A DNA stretch of 64,000 bases from Eledone cirrhosa (taxonomy: Eukaryota): contig OZ024754.1 in assembly GCA_964016885.1 (NCBI GenBank), positions 33,790,001-33,854,000 of the forward strand. Reading direction: 5' to 3'. Shown one piece after another: positions 12,835 to 28,399 of the stretch. Made by a program: the position numbers and the translations under genes. The notes beneath the pieces were generated by a model. That model saw only the letters and a list, made by a program, of their open reading frames with translations, was not told the origin of the DNA and made no database searches. Positions within the stretch are counted from its first letter, which is position 1. Each line of letters starts with the position of its first letter.

Positions 12835-14970
12835 CGGTAGTAGCGCCCTGAATTTTCTCCAACCCGATCTCACTCTGGTTACTGTGCTTTTGGAACACCC
12901 TCCACCACTATTGATTCAGTCACCCACGTAACAGAAACTATCTACCACTTCACCCAAGGTGGTTGTATCCTGAGGGTTCTTGCTACTTATTGCCCCTGTG
13001 CACCTGCCACAAGTAAAACCTACATTCTTTGTTAGCCTGCCTGAGATACCACTACATCTCTTGTGTACCCATTGCTTGCATTTGGTACATAGAATGGAAT
13101 TTCTATCTACTCCTTTTCTGCACTGAGCAGGGCCATTTCCCAGAGGTGATCTGTGCCCTGTTATCCCTACTACTTATTAGGACTTTAGTCTTTGCCAGGT
13201 TGATTTTAAGACTTTTCGATTCTAGGCCTTGTTTCCAGGTTTGGAATTTCATCTCTCGTTCAGCTATAGATTCGGCTACAAGGGTTAGATCATCAGCATA
13301 CAGAAGTTTCAATGGGCAACTGGTCTTAAACTCCTCCGTTATTGCCTGCAGAATAATGATAAACAGGAGAGGGCTAAGAACAGCCCTGATGGACACCAAC
13401 CTGCATGCTAAATTCTTCGCTATTGTCATTGTTAATTCTAACCTTACTGGCTGTTCTTCTATACATTGCTTGAATTGCCCTCACAAGAGTCCACCAGAAT
13501 TTCCTAAGAGCCCACCAGATAATGGAACAGGGGACTCTGTCAAAAGCTTTCTCAAGGTCGACAAAAGCCAGGTAGAGGGGCTTACTGTTAGCTAGGTACT
13601 TCTCTTGCAGTTGTTTTACAAGGAAAAGGGCATCCGTGGTAATCTTACCTGGGACAAATCCAAACAGCATCTCATCTATGTTAACACGTTCACTAATCAG
13701 CTGAACTAAAACTCTTTCAGTGACCTTCATAACCTGGTCAACCAACTTAATGCCTCTATAGTTTTCTCTATCTATAACATCACCTTTGCCCTTGTAGCAG
13801 TTTACGGTGCTGCTGCTACACCAGTCATTGGGTATGACACCATTTTGTATAACTTGGTTTACAATGCGGGAGACTAGGGTGTGGCCCACCATACCTGAAG
13901 TTTTCAGCATCTCAAGCAACTATCCCTGAGGGGCCAACTGCCCTGCCTGTCTTCATATCTTTGATTACCTTACTTACTATACTACCGCTAACTTGTTCAG
14001 CCAGCCCCTCTGTTGGGTCAACATGTGACAGACTGTCTTTATCCCATGCTTTCAGTAATCTTTCATAGTGGCACTTCCATGCTACCTTCTTTTCAGTGTC
14101 AGTGAGGGCAAGTTCGCGAAAGTCATTTCTGACACACTTCTCTCCACCAACATCACAATTTTCCCTGACACACTGTCTTTGATGTTCATGCTGCAAAACA
14201 ACCTTAAATTTTTTGTTCTCTGCTTCTCTTCTTGTGAAGTATACTTGTCGCTTAGCTTCTCTCCTAGCCTTCTGGTAAACTTCCCTGTTACCCCCATTAA
14301 ACCAATCTTTCCAAGCCTGTCTTTTGGCCTTAATTATCTCATCTACTTTACTATTCCACCACCAAGTTACTCTCCGTCTCCCTAGAGACTTACTCCAGCC
14401 ACAGATTTTATCTGTCACCTTCAGTAGGTTATCTTTCACGAACTCCCACTGCTCCTCGATATCGTAAGTCTCTATTTGCTCTTCCTTGTTGTCGAAGGCG
14501 TGCATTCTTCACTGGGGATGGTCTTTGTGTTCCTAACAGCCACCCTGTCTTATCTTCTAGAAAGAATGAAATCAATTTGGCTGACGAGGTCACCTGACCT
14601 ATATGTGATGAGGTGGCTATCTAGTAGTCTGAAGTTTGTGTCACAGATAAATAGGTCATTGGCGTCACAGAATTCTAGTAGTCTGAAGCTTTCCTTGTTT
14701 CTAGGACTGTACCCGTAACCCCCATGGATCCCATCAAAGCCATCAGAGAGTTGTCCCATATGTCCGTTGAAGTCACCTGAAATGAGTAGGAAGTCATTGT
14801 CGTTAATTTGGGAGGTAGTGAGCATAAGGGACTCATAGAACCTGTCTTTCTGTATGTCTGGAAGTCCAGATTGAGGAGCGTAGGCAGATAATAATTGTCA
14901 TGGTTGTTCTGTTTAGTACAAGCATAAGTTTAATTATTCTGTCATTTACTCTATTTACAGCAATAACTTT
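12835..14970 (-). mobile_element. RTE-clade LINE fragment (APE endonuclease, RT, PHD), decayed
   Basis: APE motifs SAYAPQ, GDFNGH, SQIDFIL; WWW tether; RT motifs FVDLEKAFDRVP and LLYADDL; multiple frameshifts. Confidence 0.92.
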
Positions 14971-15119
14971 GTTTATATATATATATACACACACACATAT
15001 ATATATATAGTATCATCATCATCATTTTACATCCACTTTCCATACCAGCATCGGTTGGATGGGTTGTTACGGTCTGAGACTAAACAAGTTAAAGAGATTT
15101 GATCTTGCTCATACATTTC

Positions 15120-15900
15120 ACGTTTGGCATGATTTATACAGGGTGTATTTTATCATGAACCCAGCACTACCACTTTACAGAGTCTACTGGGTGCATTTTA
15201 ACATGGCACCAGCACTGCTGCTTTACAGAATGTACTGGATGCATTTTAATATAGCATTAACACTGCTACTTTAGAGAGTGTACTGGGTGTATTTTATCAA
15301 GACATCAGCACTAACACTTTACAGAGTCTAATGGGTGTATTTTATCATGACACCAGCATGAACACTTTGCAGAATGTATTGGATGCAATTTAACATGGCA
15401 CCAGCACTGCTGCTTTACAGAGTGTACTGGGTGTATTTTATCGAGGCACCAGCACTACCACTTTGCAGAGTGTACTGGGTGTATTTTATCGAGACATCAG
15501 CACTACCACTTTACATAGTGTACTGGGTGTATTTTATCGAGGCACCAGCACTACCACTTTACAGAGTGTACTGGGTGTATTTTATCGAGGCACCAGCACT
15601 ACCACTTTGCAGAGTGTACTGGGTGTATTTTATCGAGACATCAGCACTACCACTTTGCAGAGTGTACTGGGTGTATTTTATCGAGGCACCAGCACTACCA
15701 CTTTACAGAGTGTACTGGGTGTATTTTATCGAGGCACCAGCACTACCACTTTGCAGAGTGTACTGGGTGTATTTTATCGAGACATCAGCACTACCACTTT
15801 ACATAGTGTACTGGGTGTATTTCATCATGACACCAGCATGAACACTTTACAGAATGTACTGGGTGTATTTTACAGAGAGTACAAGGTGTATTTTATTGTG
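15120..15900. repeat. 48-bp minisatellite, ~16 copies, same module family as 8163-10190
   Basis: Unit CCACTTTACAGAGTGTACTGGGTGTATTTTATCGAGGCACCAGCACTA; adjoins a SINE/RTE tail at ~15012-15065. Confidence 0.9.
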
Positions 15901-16134
15901 GCACCAACACTACACATGTCATCATGTACTCAACCAGACTCAATAATCCTCTCTACCATATATTGTCTCCATTCAATTGACAAGCATTTTACAGAGTGTA
16001 CATGGTGTATTTTATCAGAAACTGGGAGTAGCAACACACAGAGACACAAATTTGAATAAATCATATTTTTCTACTGTACATATTATTATTAATCAATTGC
16101 TTTCCTAATTGCATTTCAGATTAGTATGAAACCA

Positions 16135-19420
<3,286 letters not shown>

Positions 19421-21336
19421 ATAAATATACTGATGGTTTGATTACAAGTAATTGAACAGTCATTTTAAAGATGCTGATAATATCTCACCACTAAAATATT
19501 CTGTCTAAGGGAAGAATGGTTTTATGAGATTTATATATTTGAAGTTCTTTGAAAACAATCCAATTTTATTTAGGTTTTCAATCAATTCTATATATTTATA
19601 TATTCATATGTTCACCTGTATGGTTGATCTATTTTTTGTGAGGATTTAACCTGGAAAAAAAAAAAAGATTAATCCAAGAAATCTTTGCTTCTGTTGATGT
19701 TTCCATTTTTTATACTATCAATCTGCTATTCATAAATCAAATCCTAGCAGCAGGAGCAGGTGAATAGATTTGAATTCAGATTGCAGAGAGATATAGCTAG
19801 ATCAAATATCCTAGAAAGCATCATTTCGTCCAACTTTTTAATAATTCCACCAATCTACTACTCCTTATGGACTGATATTTTTACCAATGATGAAAGGGTG
19901 GAATCCAAATCATTCTATCGAACTCAGAACATGGAGCCAGGGCCAGATCAGATACCACAAAATCTTCTGTCCAATTCTTTTCACAGTGTTGCCACCCATC
20001 AACTGCTCTTGATAAACTGTTAGTTTATCAGCCCTGAAAATGATGAAAGGAGGCAAAATTTACAACTCAGAGTGCAATGAGCCAAAATGAATAATGAGAC
20101 ATTTAGTCTAATGCCATAACAACTTGACTCTATCTAATTTACATGGAGATGTCTCACCAATTATTTATTTTGCTTTGAATACCAAATATTTTTCACATAA
20201 ACTCATATCATAAGAAAAAAAAGAATATATATATATATATACACACACACACAAACAAAATCGGAAATACTGGTAATATATTTATATATTTATATCCTAG
20301 TTTCAATTCTTGGTTAAAACTATTTCACTCTACTTCTTCATCAACATTATATTTTATCTTTCTTCACTTATGATATTTTTATTCTTTTGTCCTTTATTGA
20401 GTTAAAGTTAATATTTTTCATTCAAAATTTGTTTGAAGACTCATTCAATCTTTGATAATTTCATTCAACATTAGTTTGACAATCTTATTCAATTTTTGTT
20501 CAAAAATTTTCACCAGTTTTTGACAAATTTTATGCAATGCTTCTTTGAAAATCTTATTCTATATTTATTTGTCAATCTCATTTAACAGTTATTTAATAAT
20601 TTCTTTCAATCTTTGAGAATTTCATCCAGCCCTTTCGCTTTGGCCACAAACTCTGGCCTGATCGACTGCTTCTTCTTTGCACTAGTTTCTGTTGAGATCT
20701 CTAGCGTCCTTGGTCCCCACACTGCTCATTTCCTCCGTAAAGTTGGAATGACAGCGACCCACTTGAGGAGGTGAGGTGGCTGTTGCAGCAGATATCTGGT
20801 CATTCTCTGTGGTAATGCTTTCACCATTTTGTCCATGTGGTGCAGCTGAGGTACCCCTCATACTCCAGTGTAGTGTCAGTCTCTCCACTTCTCCCTTTCT
20901 TTTGTTGCTTGATCCTTCTTTCTTTTTCTCCTTTTCATTTTCTTTCTCCCTATATAGATACATACCATATACTATCATTAATTAACCCCCATCTTGAGTA
21001 AAAAAATTGAAATTAAAAAATGTCATCAAAGTGTTTGACAATCTCATTCAATAAATGTTTATGACAATCACTTTAAACCTTTGTTTATCTATTCCATCAA
21101 TGTATTACTAATAAAGGACACTGCCTGTAATGTTCAACTAATTTGAAAATGATCAAGAATTTGGAGTGACTTAGTAACATAACTTAATTTTCTCATTAAT
21201 AATCTTGAAGCTTAACTTACATAAAATTTGATGAAATAAACAGTTTTGTATCATAGAATCAAGAGTGGTTCCATTCAATCAACAGTTTTCATTCAGTCTT
21301 TACTTTATTCACTACACAAATAGAACTTCAAACCAA

Positions 21337-22560
21337 ATGGATTGCAACCATTCTTTTCAATATGTCACAGAAAATGGCTGGGAGTGGAATTCTTCTGAAA
21401 TAGAAAATGTGACTCAATCTTACTGTTGTATGGAAAAAGTTATTGACCATGGTATCCCCAGTGTGACATGGCATTTGTGTTGTCCAGAGAGCTTAGAACG
21501 TATTTCAAAAATAATTTGGTTCTATTTCTGCCCCGTCCTCATCTTAGTTGGAAACGTTACAAATTGTCTATCTTTGGTAATTCTTTGGAAACCAAAATTA
21601 AAGCGAAACATAATCAGAAATGAGCTGATTGCTTTGGCCATTTCCAATCTATTCATTATTGATTTCTCTCTAGTTCTAAAATATCTGGACTTCTATAACA
21701 TCAATTTATATTTAGAGAATGAAATTGTCTGCAAGATTACAAGATGGTTATTCGATCCAGTTGGAATTTTTAATTCTTGGTTACTTGTACTCATTTCAGT
21801 CCAGAGAGTCACTGCCGTCATGAAACCAATCTTGATGAGGAATCCAGACAATGGCAATAGCTCCAAGAAGCAAATTATGATTCTGCTAACTGTTTGTATA
21901 TTATTGGAATCTCATGTACTTTATGGACATGGCCTTGAATACAAAGTTAATCCAGAAACCAATACAACTGTACTTATTGCACAATGTGGCATGATAAATT
22001 CGACTTACAAAGAATTTTACCGATATTGGGTCATTCTAGAAATATTCTTTTTAAGTTATATTCCAACCATTTTTCTGTTCGCTTGTAACATAGTGATTGT
22101 TCTCAAACTAAAGCAGCATTATTCTAACAAAGAACTTTTCAACAACATGCAACAGCATGCCACAATTATTACACGTAAGATGAGGACGATGCAAAATTTA
22201 AGACTTGTCTTTTACAGTAATACAGCCTTTATTATTTCGCAAGCACCTATGAGTTTGGTATATCTTATTTACGAGCCTTGGAACAAGATGAACACTGCGA
22301 GAAATTCTTGTAGTTTTTCTCTACTCAATGCCATTACCACAATGGTAATGTACAGCAAATATTCTTCAGATATTATATATTTTGCTGTCATCTCAGACTT
22401 CAGGAAAGAAGTGGTTAAGATTCTGAAATGTGAGAAAATTACCAAATTTACACTAATGGAACATTCTACCTTCACTGTCCAGTCTTCATCTTATATTACT
22501 GCCAGAACTTCTCAAACATCAACAGAAAATCAACATTTTTCTCGGGTTTCAAGAAAATAA
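21337..22560 (+). CDS. intronless rhodopsin-like (class A) GPCR, 407 aa, FMRFamide-receptor-like / molluscan chemoreceptor-like
   Basis: First in-frame ATG at 21337 (the ORF track starts at a GTG). N-terminal N-x-S/T sites and seven hydrophobic segments: TM1 GNVTN, TM2 LAISN, TM3 Cys plus ISVQRV, ECL2 Cys, TM5 YIP, TM6 QAP; helix 8 FRKEV; Ser/Thr-rich tail. Confidence 0.9.
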   Translation: MDCNHSFQYVTENGWEWNSSEIENVTQSYCCMEKVIDHGIPSVTWHLCCPESLERISKIIWFYFCPVLILVGNVTNCLSLVILWKPKLKRNIIRNELIALAISNLFIIDFSLVLKYLDFYNINLYLENEIVCKITRWLFDPVGIFNSWLLVLISVQRVTAVMKPILMRNPDNGNSSKKQIMILLTVCILLESHVLYGHGLEYKVNPETNTTVLIAQCGMINSTYKEFYRYWVILEIFFLSYIPTIFLFACNIVIVLKLKQHYSNKELFNNMQQHATIITRKMRTMQNLRLVFYSNTAFIISQAPMSLVYLIYEPWNKMNTARNSCSFSLLNAITTMVMYSKYSSDIIYFAVISDFRKEVVKILKCEKITKFTLMEHSTFTVQSSSYITARTSQTSTENQHFSRVSRK

Positions 22561-22943
22561 CTCATTTTTGTTTTCTTTTTCAGGAAATTAATTTTATTCA
22601 TCCAATTCTTTTTTTTTTTTCTTTTTTTCTACTTCTCATTCCCCTACATTTTTCTTCTTCTTCATTTCATCTTTTTTCTTCTTCTTCACTTTATCATTTT
22701 TCTTTTTCACCTTCTTCACTTCATCCTTCTTCTTCTCCACTTTATCCTTTTTCCTCTTCTTCTTCTTCACTTCATTCTTTTTCTTCTTCTTCATTCCTGC
22801 CCCCTCATACATCCTTCCAATCCATTATAAATATGTTATCCCACTCAGAACTGAGGAAAAAAACACATTTGCTCTTTAGTTATTTCTATTTTGTCCCCAG
22901 CAAAAATTAAACCTAAGAATTTTATTTGGAATATCAATATGGC

Positions 22944-22974
<31 letters not shown>

Positions 22975-23190
22975 GGTTAAAATCAAAATATGAAGTCCTT
23001 TTTCTATATTAAGTCTTTTCACACCCAATTGGTGTTAGGAAGGGCATCCACCTGTAAGATACCTGGCCAAATTTACAGTCCTCATCAGAGCAAAGTGCAG
23101 CATGGCCAACTCTAGTCAGACTTGCCTCCTCGCGTGGATGACCCGTCTAACCCATGCTAGCATGGAAAAGTGGATGCTAAACTATGATTA

Positions 23191-23234
<44 letters not shown>

Positions 23235-23239
23235 TTTTA

Positions 23240-23567
23240 TTTTATTTTACATCCGTTTTTCCCTGCTTGCAAGGTTGGGATGGGAACTGATTCTGGCTTG
23301 ATTTCTACAGCTGGATGTCCTTCCTAACACCAACCTCATTTACAGTGAGTGCTGGGTGCTGTTTTGCCGTGGCACCTACACGACCACTTTACAGTAGAAT
23401 GATATGGACCCCAGTCCCTATCATCTCATTTCTACAGCTGAGTAAACTGGAGCAATGTGAAATAAAGTGTCTTGCTCAAGGAAACAACACATCACCCGGT
23501 CTGAGAATTGAACTCACAACCTTTCGATTGTAAGGCCAATGCTCTAACCACTAAGACATGTGCCTCC
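23240..23567 (-). mobile_element. tRNA-derived SINE with CORE-like domain and RTE-type tail (family B)
   Basis: Head GGAGGCACATG..TTAGTGGTTAGAGCA...GAGTTCAATTCTC, CORE-like CCTTGAGCAAGACACTT, 48-bp module, GGAAGG.CATCC and tail ACC.TTGCAAGCAGGGAAAA. Other copies at ~25330-25667 and 33485-33783 (-), 37741-38107 (+); partial copies at ~32525-32750, 34110-34215, 51915-52130, 52975-53090 and 55108-55220. Confidence 0.85.
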
Positions 23568-23643
23568 ATATATATATCTGTGTGTGTGTAAGCATGTGTG
23601 TGAGTATGTGTGTGTGTGAGTATGTATGTGTATATATATATAT

Positions 23644-24327
23644 CCCAGCTAACCCATGCTAGCATGGAAAAGTGGATGTTAAACTATGATTAAGATATAT
23701 ATATATATGTGTGTGTGAATGTGTGTGAGTGTGTGTGTGTGTGTGAGTATGTGTGTGTGAGTATGTATGTGTGTATATATATATCCCAGCTAACCCATGC
23801 TAGCATGGAAAAGTGGATGTTAAACTATGATTAAGATATATATGTGTGTGTGAGTGTGTGTGAGTATGTGTGTGTGAGTATGTATGTGTGTATATATATA
23901 TCCCAGCTAACCCATGCTAGCATGGAAAAGTGTATGTTAAACTATGATTAAGATATATATGTGTGTGTGAATGTGTGTGAGTGTGTGTGAGTATGTGTGT
24001 GTGAGTATGTATGTGTGTATATATATATCCCAGCTAACCCATGCTAGCATGGAAAAGTGGATGTTAAACTATGATTAAGATATATATGTGTGTGTGAGTG
24101 TGTGTGAGTATGTGTGTGTGAGTATGTATGTGTGTATATATATATCCCAGCTAACCCATGCTAGCATGGAAAAGTGGATGTTAAACTATGATTAAGATAT
24201 ATATGTGTGTGTGAATGTGTGTGAGTGTGTGTGAGTATGTGTGTGTGAGTATGTATGTGTGTATATATATATCCCAGCTAACCCATGCTAGCATGGAAAA
24301 GTGGATGTTAAACGATGATGATGATGA
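23644..24327 (+). repeat. tandem array of RTE/SINE 3' tail plus (GT)n, 6 copies of ~117-141 bp
   Basis: CCCAGCTAACCCATGCTAGCATGGAAAAGTGGATGTTAAAC at ~23644, 23785, 23902, 24029, 24146 and 24273. Confidence 0.9.
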
Positions 24328-24486
24328 GTATATATATATAACCAAATCTTAATAAAGTTCATTGATTACTCAATGAATATAGTTTTACAATAGATTCAAA
24401 GCACTCAACAAGGAAGTTTTCTGGAGTTATAAATATATTATTCAAAATATTAATAAATGAAGACATTCACATAATCAAAATATATG

Positions 24487-24549
24487 TTTTATTATATATA
24501 TTTCGGAGGTACTGTGCTGTTTTTTTCAGTACGTCCTCATCAGATAAAA
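24487..24549 (-). ncRNA. minimal type I hammerhead ribozyme
   Basis: Reverse complement reads TTTTAT-CTGATGA-GGACGTACTG...CAGTACCTCC-GAAA-T(ATAT)A-TA-ATAAAA; core intact. Confidence 0.75.
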
Positions 24550-24679
24550 TATAAATTGATGTATGACATACCTAAACGGTCTTAATGGTTTAATTTAAGT
24601 CTTGGCAGTAACCCATGACTGCCAAGACTGAAATTAAACCATCAAGACCGTTTAGGTATGTCATACATCAATTTATATA

Positions 24680-24741
24680 TTTTATCTGATGAGGACGTAC
24701 TGAAAAAACAGCACAGTACCTCCGAAATATATATAATAAAA
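24680..24741 (+). ncRNA. minimal type I hammerhead ribozyme
   Basis: Stem I TTTTAT/ATAAAA; CTGATGA 24686-24692; stem II GGAcGTACTG/CAGTACcTCC; GAAA 24724-24727; short stem III with palindromic ATAT loop; predicted cleavage after AUA at 24735. Confidence 0.78.
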
Positions 24742-24953
24742 CATATATTTTGATTATGTGAACGTCTTGATTTATTAATATTTTGAATAATATATATATA
24801 TATATATACACATATATATATACACATATATATATACACATATAAGTATAGAAGACCTCAGTCTGAGTAGTACTCAATGCAATGCATAAGATATAGAGTG
24901 GGTATATTAAGGAGGTAAAGGTCTGACTACAAGCACAACCTTCTTCAGAGATA

Positions 24954-24994
<41 letters not shown>

Positions 24995-25029
24995 TTACAT
25001 GTATATATATATATATATACATATATACA

Positions 25030-25142
<113 letters not shown>

Positions 25143-26039
25143 TTACATGTATATATATATATATATATATACATATATACATATATGTATATATATATAT
25201 ACACATATATATATATATATACATATATGCATATATATATTTACACATATATACATATATGTATATATATATATATATACATATATATACATACACATAT
25301 ATACATATATATATCATCATCATTCATTCATCATTCATCATCATTTTACGTCCGCTTTTCCCTGCTTGCAAGGGTGGGACGGGAACTGATTCTGGCTTGA
25401 TTTCTACAGCTGGATGCCCTTCCTAACACCAACCACATTTACAGTGAGTGCTGGGTGCTTTTTTGTAATGGCACCTACACGACCACTTTGCAGTGGAATG
25501 ATAGGGACCCCAGTCCCTATCATCTCATTTCTACAGCTGAGTAAACTGGAGCAATGTGAAATAAAGTGTCTTGCTCAAGGAAACAACACATCACCCGGTC
25601 TGAGAATTGAACTCACAACCTTTCGATTGCAAGGCCAATGCTCTAACCACTAAGCCATGTGCCTCCATATGTATATATATATACATATATATATATACAT
25701 ATGTATATACACATACATACATATATATTTGTATATATATATGTATATACATATATATATATATACATATATGTATATATACATATACATATACATACAT
25801 ATATATATACACACATACTTACATATATGTATGTATATATACACATACATACATGTATATATACATATATAGTATTAAGGATACTATTTATGGTTATGTA
25901 TATACTAAAACTTTTTATAGTTATATATATTTTAAACCCTAAACAGTGAAAGACAGTAATTTATTACTACCTTATTACCAGTAAGATAAATAGCTCAATG
26001 TAATAACATCAGTTGTTCTACAGAGCAGTTATATAGAAT

Positions 26040-26682
26040 TCACATGAATCAAAGTTCTATTCAAACCATTTATTAGCTAACAATTGTTTCGTCCAAACCG
26101 AGCTTTGGAGTCTTCAGGGCAATTTTTCAATGATTGTTTACATACATGACCTCCTTGTATACAAAAACCATAACATTACTTTGCTTCTCATTTCTAATAT
26201 TTCTCTGCACACAAGCTTTATCATACATAAAAATACTTTACCAATACAACCCCCATAATACTCTTGATTACCCGCTTAAAGTGCTTGTATTGTATATAAC
26301 ACTTTGCTGCACAATAATCTTATATAAATAAGACACACATGCATGCCCCACGTGTAACTATTGCATACACTAACTACTTCAAACTATCCTCTTGCATTAT
26401 CTTCGTAAACTGCCGATGTTGTATTTTAACTTTAATTTTGTTTTAATTTTCTTTTAATATGATTTTAATCTTTGAATGTAAATTGTCATGCTAAAATATT
26501 ATAATGGATGTCACCCCACTGTGCATCGATATATACATATGTTTCTGTATGTCTCTTGTGTTGGAAAGGAGGTCATTTATGTAAACAATCATTGAAAAAT
26601 TGCTCCAAAGACTCCAAACCTCGGTTTGGAAGAAACAATTGTAAGCTAATAAATGGTTTGAACAGAACTTTGATTCATGTGA
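26040..26682. mobile_element. inverted repeat (117-bp arms, ~410-bp spacer) with decayed hammerhead motifs
   Basis: Arms 26040-26156 and 26566-26682. Combined reading of the two arms: TTGCT-CTGAAGA-CTCCAAAC..GTTTGGAM-GAAA-C(AATT)G-TA-AGC, followed by AATAAA. Confidence 0.7.
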
Positions 26683-26686
26683 TTTC

Positions 26687-26720
<34 letters not shown>

Positions 26721-28093
26721 CATATATATGTATATACATATAAATGTATATACATATATATATGTATATACATATATATGTATATACATATATATGTATA
26801 TACATAAATATATATATATATATATTTATGTATATACATATATATATATATATATATATTTATGTATATACATATATATGTATATATATACATATATATG
26901 TATATATATACATATATATGTATATATATATATATATATACATATACATACATATACACATATATATCCCTGAAGAACCAAGAAGGTACAAGCTGAAACT
27001 GCCTGAGCTTGTAGTCATACTATATATATATATATATATATATACACCCTTCAGTAATGTCAAGGCATCACAACCTCCTTAGTGTCACCAGCACAACCAC
27101 CTCCCAAGGTGAACTGGGCATTTTTATGTTGTGTCACTTATACAACCATCTTACAGGGTGGATTGGGTCCTTTTTGTCATATCAGCAGCACGATCACATG
27201 ACAAGGTGAACTGGGAGCTTTTTGTGTCACTAGCACGACCACCTTATATATCATCATCATCATCATCGTTTAACGTCTAGCATGGGTTAGACTGGAATTG
27301 TCCCACTTGAGGCAGGATTGCTTGGGTGACCATGTCTCACTCATGCATACACACACATCATCATCATCATCATCATTTAACATTCACTTTCCCTGCAAGC
27401 AAAGGTTAGATGGGACAACATAGTCAAGTCAATACCGAAGTGGGGCTATTGAACTCCCAGACAGGCCTAGGGGGTCTGTATTCTGGTTATGTACAGTCAC
27501 ATCAAGTGCCGAGGTGTTGTGTCTTTGACACAAACTGAAGGGTCCTCATACATATATATATATATATATATCTATGTATGGTCATGGCAAAAGGCACCCA
27601 GCACACAACACACTGTAAATGTGGTTGGCATTAGGAAGGGCATCCAGCTGTAGAACGCTAGCCAAAAAGTTATGTATGAGCAGGATACCTGACCTACAGT
27701 TACCTGACCTAACCTGCCTCAAATGGGACAACCCGTATAACCCATGTTAGCATGGAAGGTGGAGGTTAAACAATGATGATGATGATACATATATATATAT
27801 ATATATATATATAACCAGGAGTTTAAGGCTTTAAATGTCAATGTATATTTAGAGCAATCATGTATAAAGAAGTGTATCACATTGTCATACCAAGAAGAAT
27901 GTCACAACACAAAATAAAAATACTTTATATTTGACTTTTATCAACATATCTTCTTTGAGATATGTTATCCCTGTTCAGTTTTTCTCCTTCATTAAATATA
28001 TGTTTATTATCAGAATGTACTTATGTCAGATTGTTGAAATAAAATATAAAGTTATATATAGTGTTTTACGCTTTTACTGGTTTCAGTCATTAA

Positions 28094-28307
28094 CCCTTTA
28101 ACATTTGAACCAGCTGTATCCGGCCAGAATTCTCTCACCTCTTTCTATCCAAACCGGCCCTAACTGGCCACTCATACTGACATTAAGGTATTGTTTTCAA
28201 TATAAATAACATACAAATCTCAGATTCAATATTATGTGAGATAATTATGTAAGGTAAAGCCTTTACCACAAAAATACAATAGCATATATAAAGTAAATGC
28301 TAAAGGG
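28094..28307. mobile_element. piggyBac-type MITE
   Basis: TTAA|CCCTTTAACATTT...AAATGCTAAAGGG|TTAA. Same family at 37121-37314 and 40670-40856; a related TTAA-flanked element at ~52577-52827. Confidence 0.8.
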
Positions 28308-28399
28308 TTAAACCGTCGTCATGCTTGTCGATCTGATATCAACCCTTGTACTGATTTATTCAAAATGGTCCCTTTTTTATTTCAATTCCTTTTTCTCAA

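Larger units (their letters stand above)
24433..24795. mobile_element. fold-back element (~180-bp inverted arms), Penelope-like pLTR inversion
   Basis: Arms are reverse complements about a centre at ~24610-24617; each arm has a hammerhead motif; (TA)n on the right and ~100 bp to the left. Confidence 0.75.

Noticed and set aside
21265-21336. N-terminal 24 aa of the 431-aa GPCR ORF
   Set aside because: GTG start, partly overlapping MITE-like sequence; ATG 21337 is preferred, though an upstream exon cannot be excluded.
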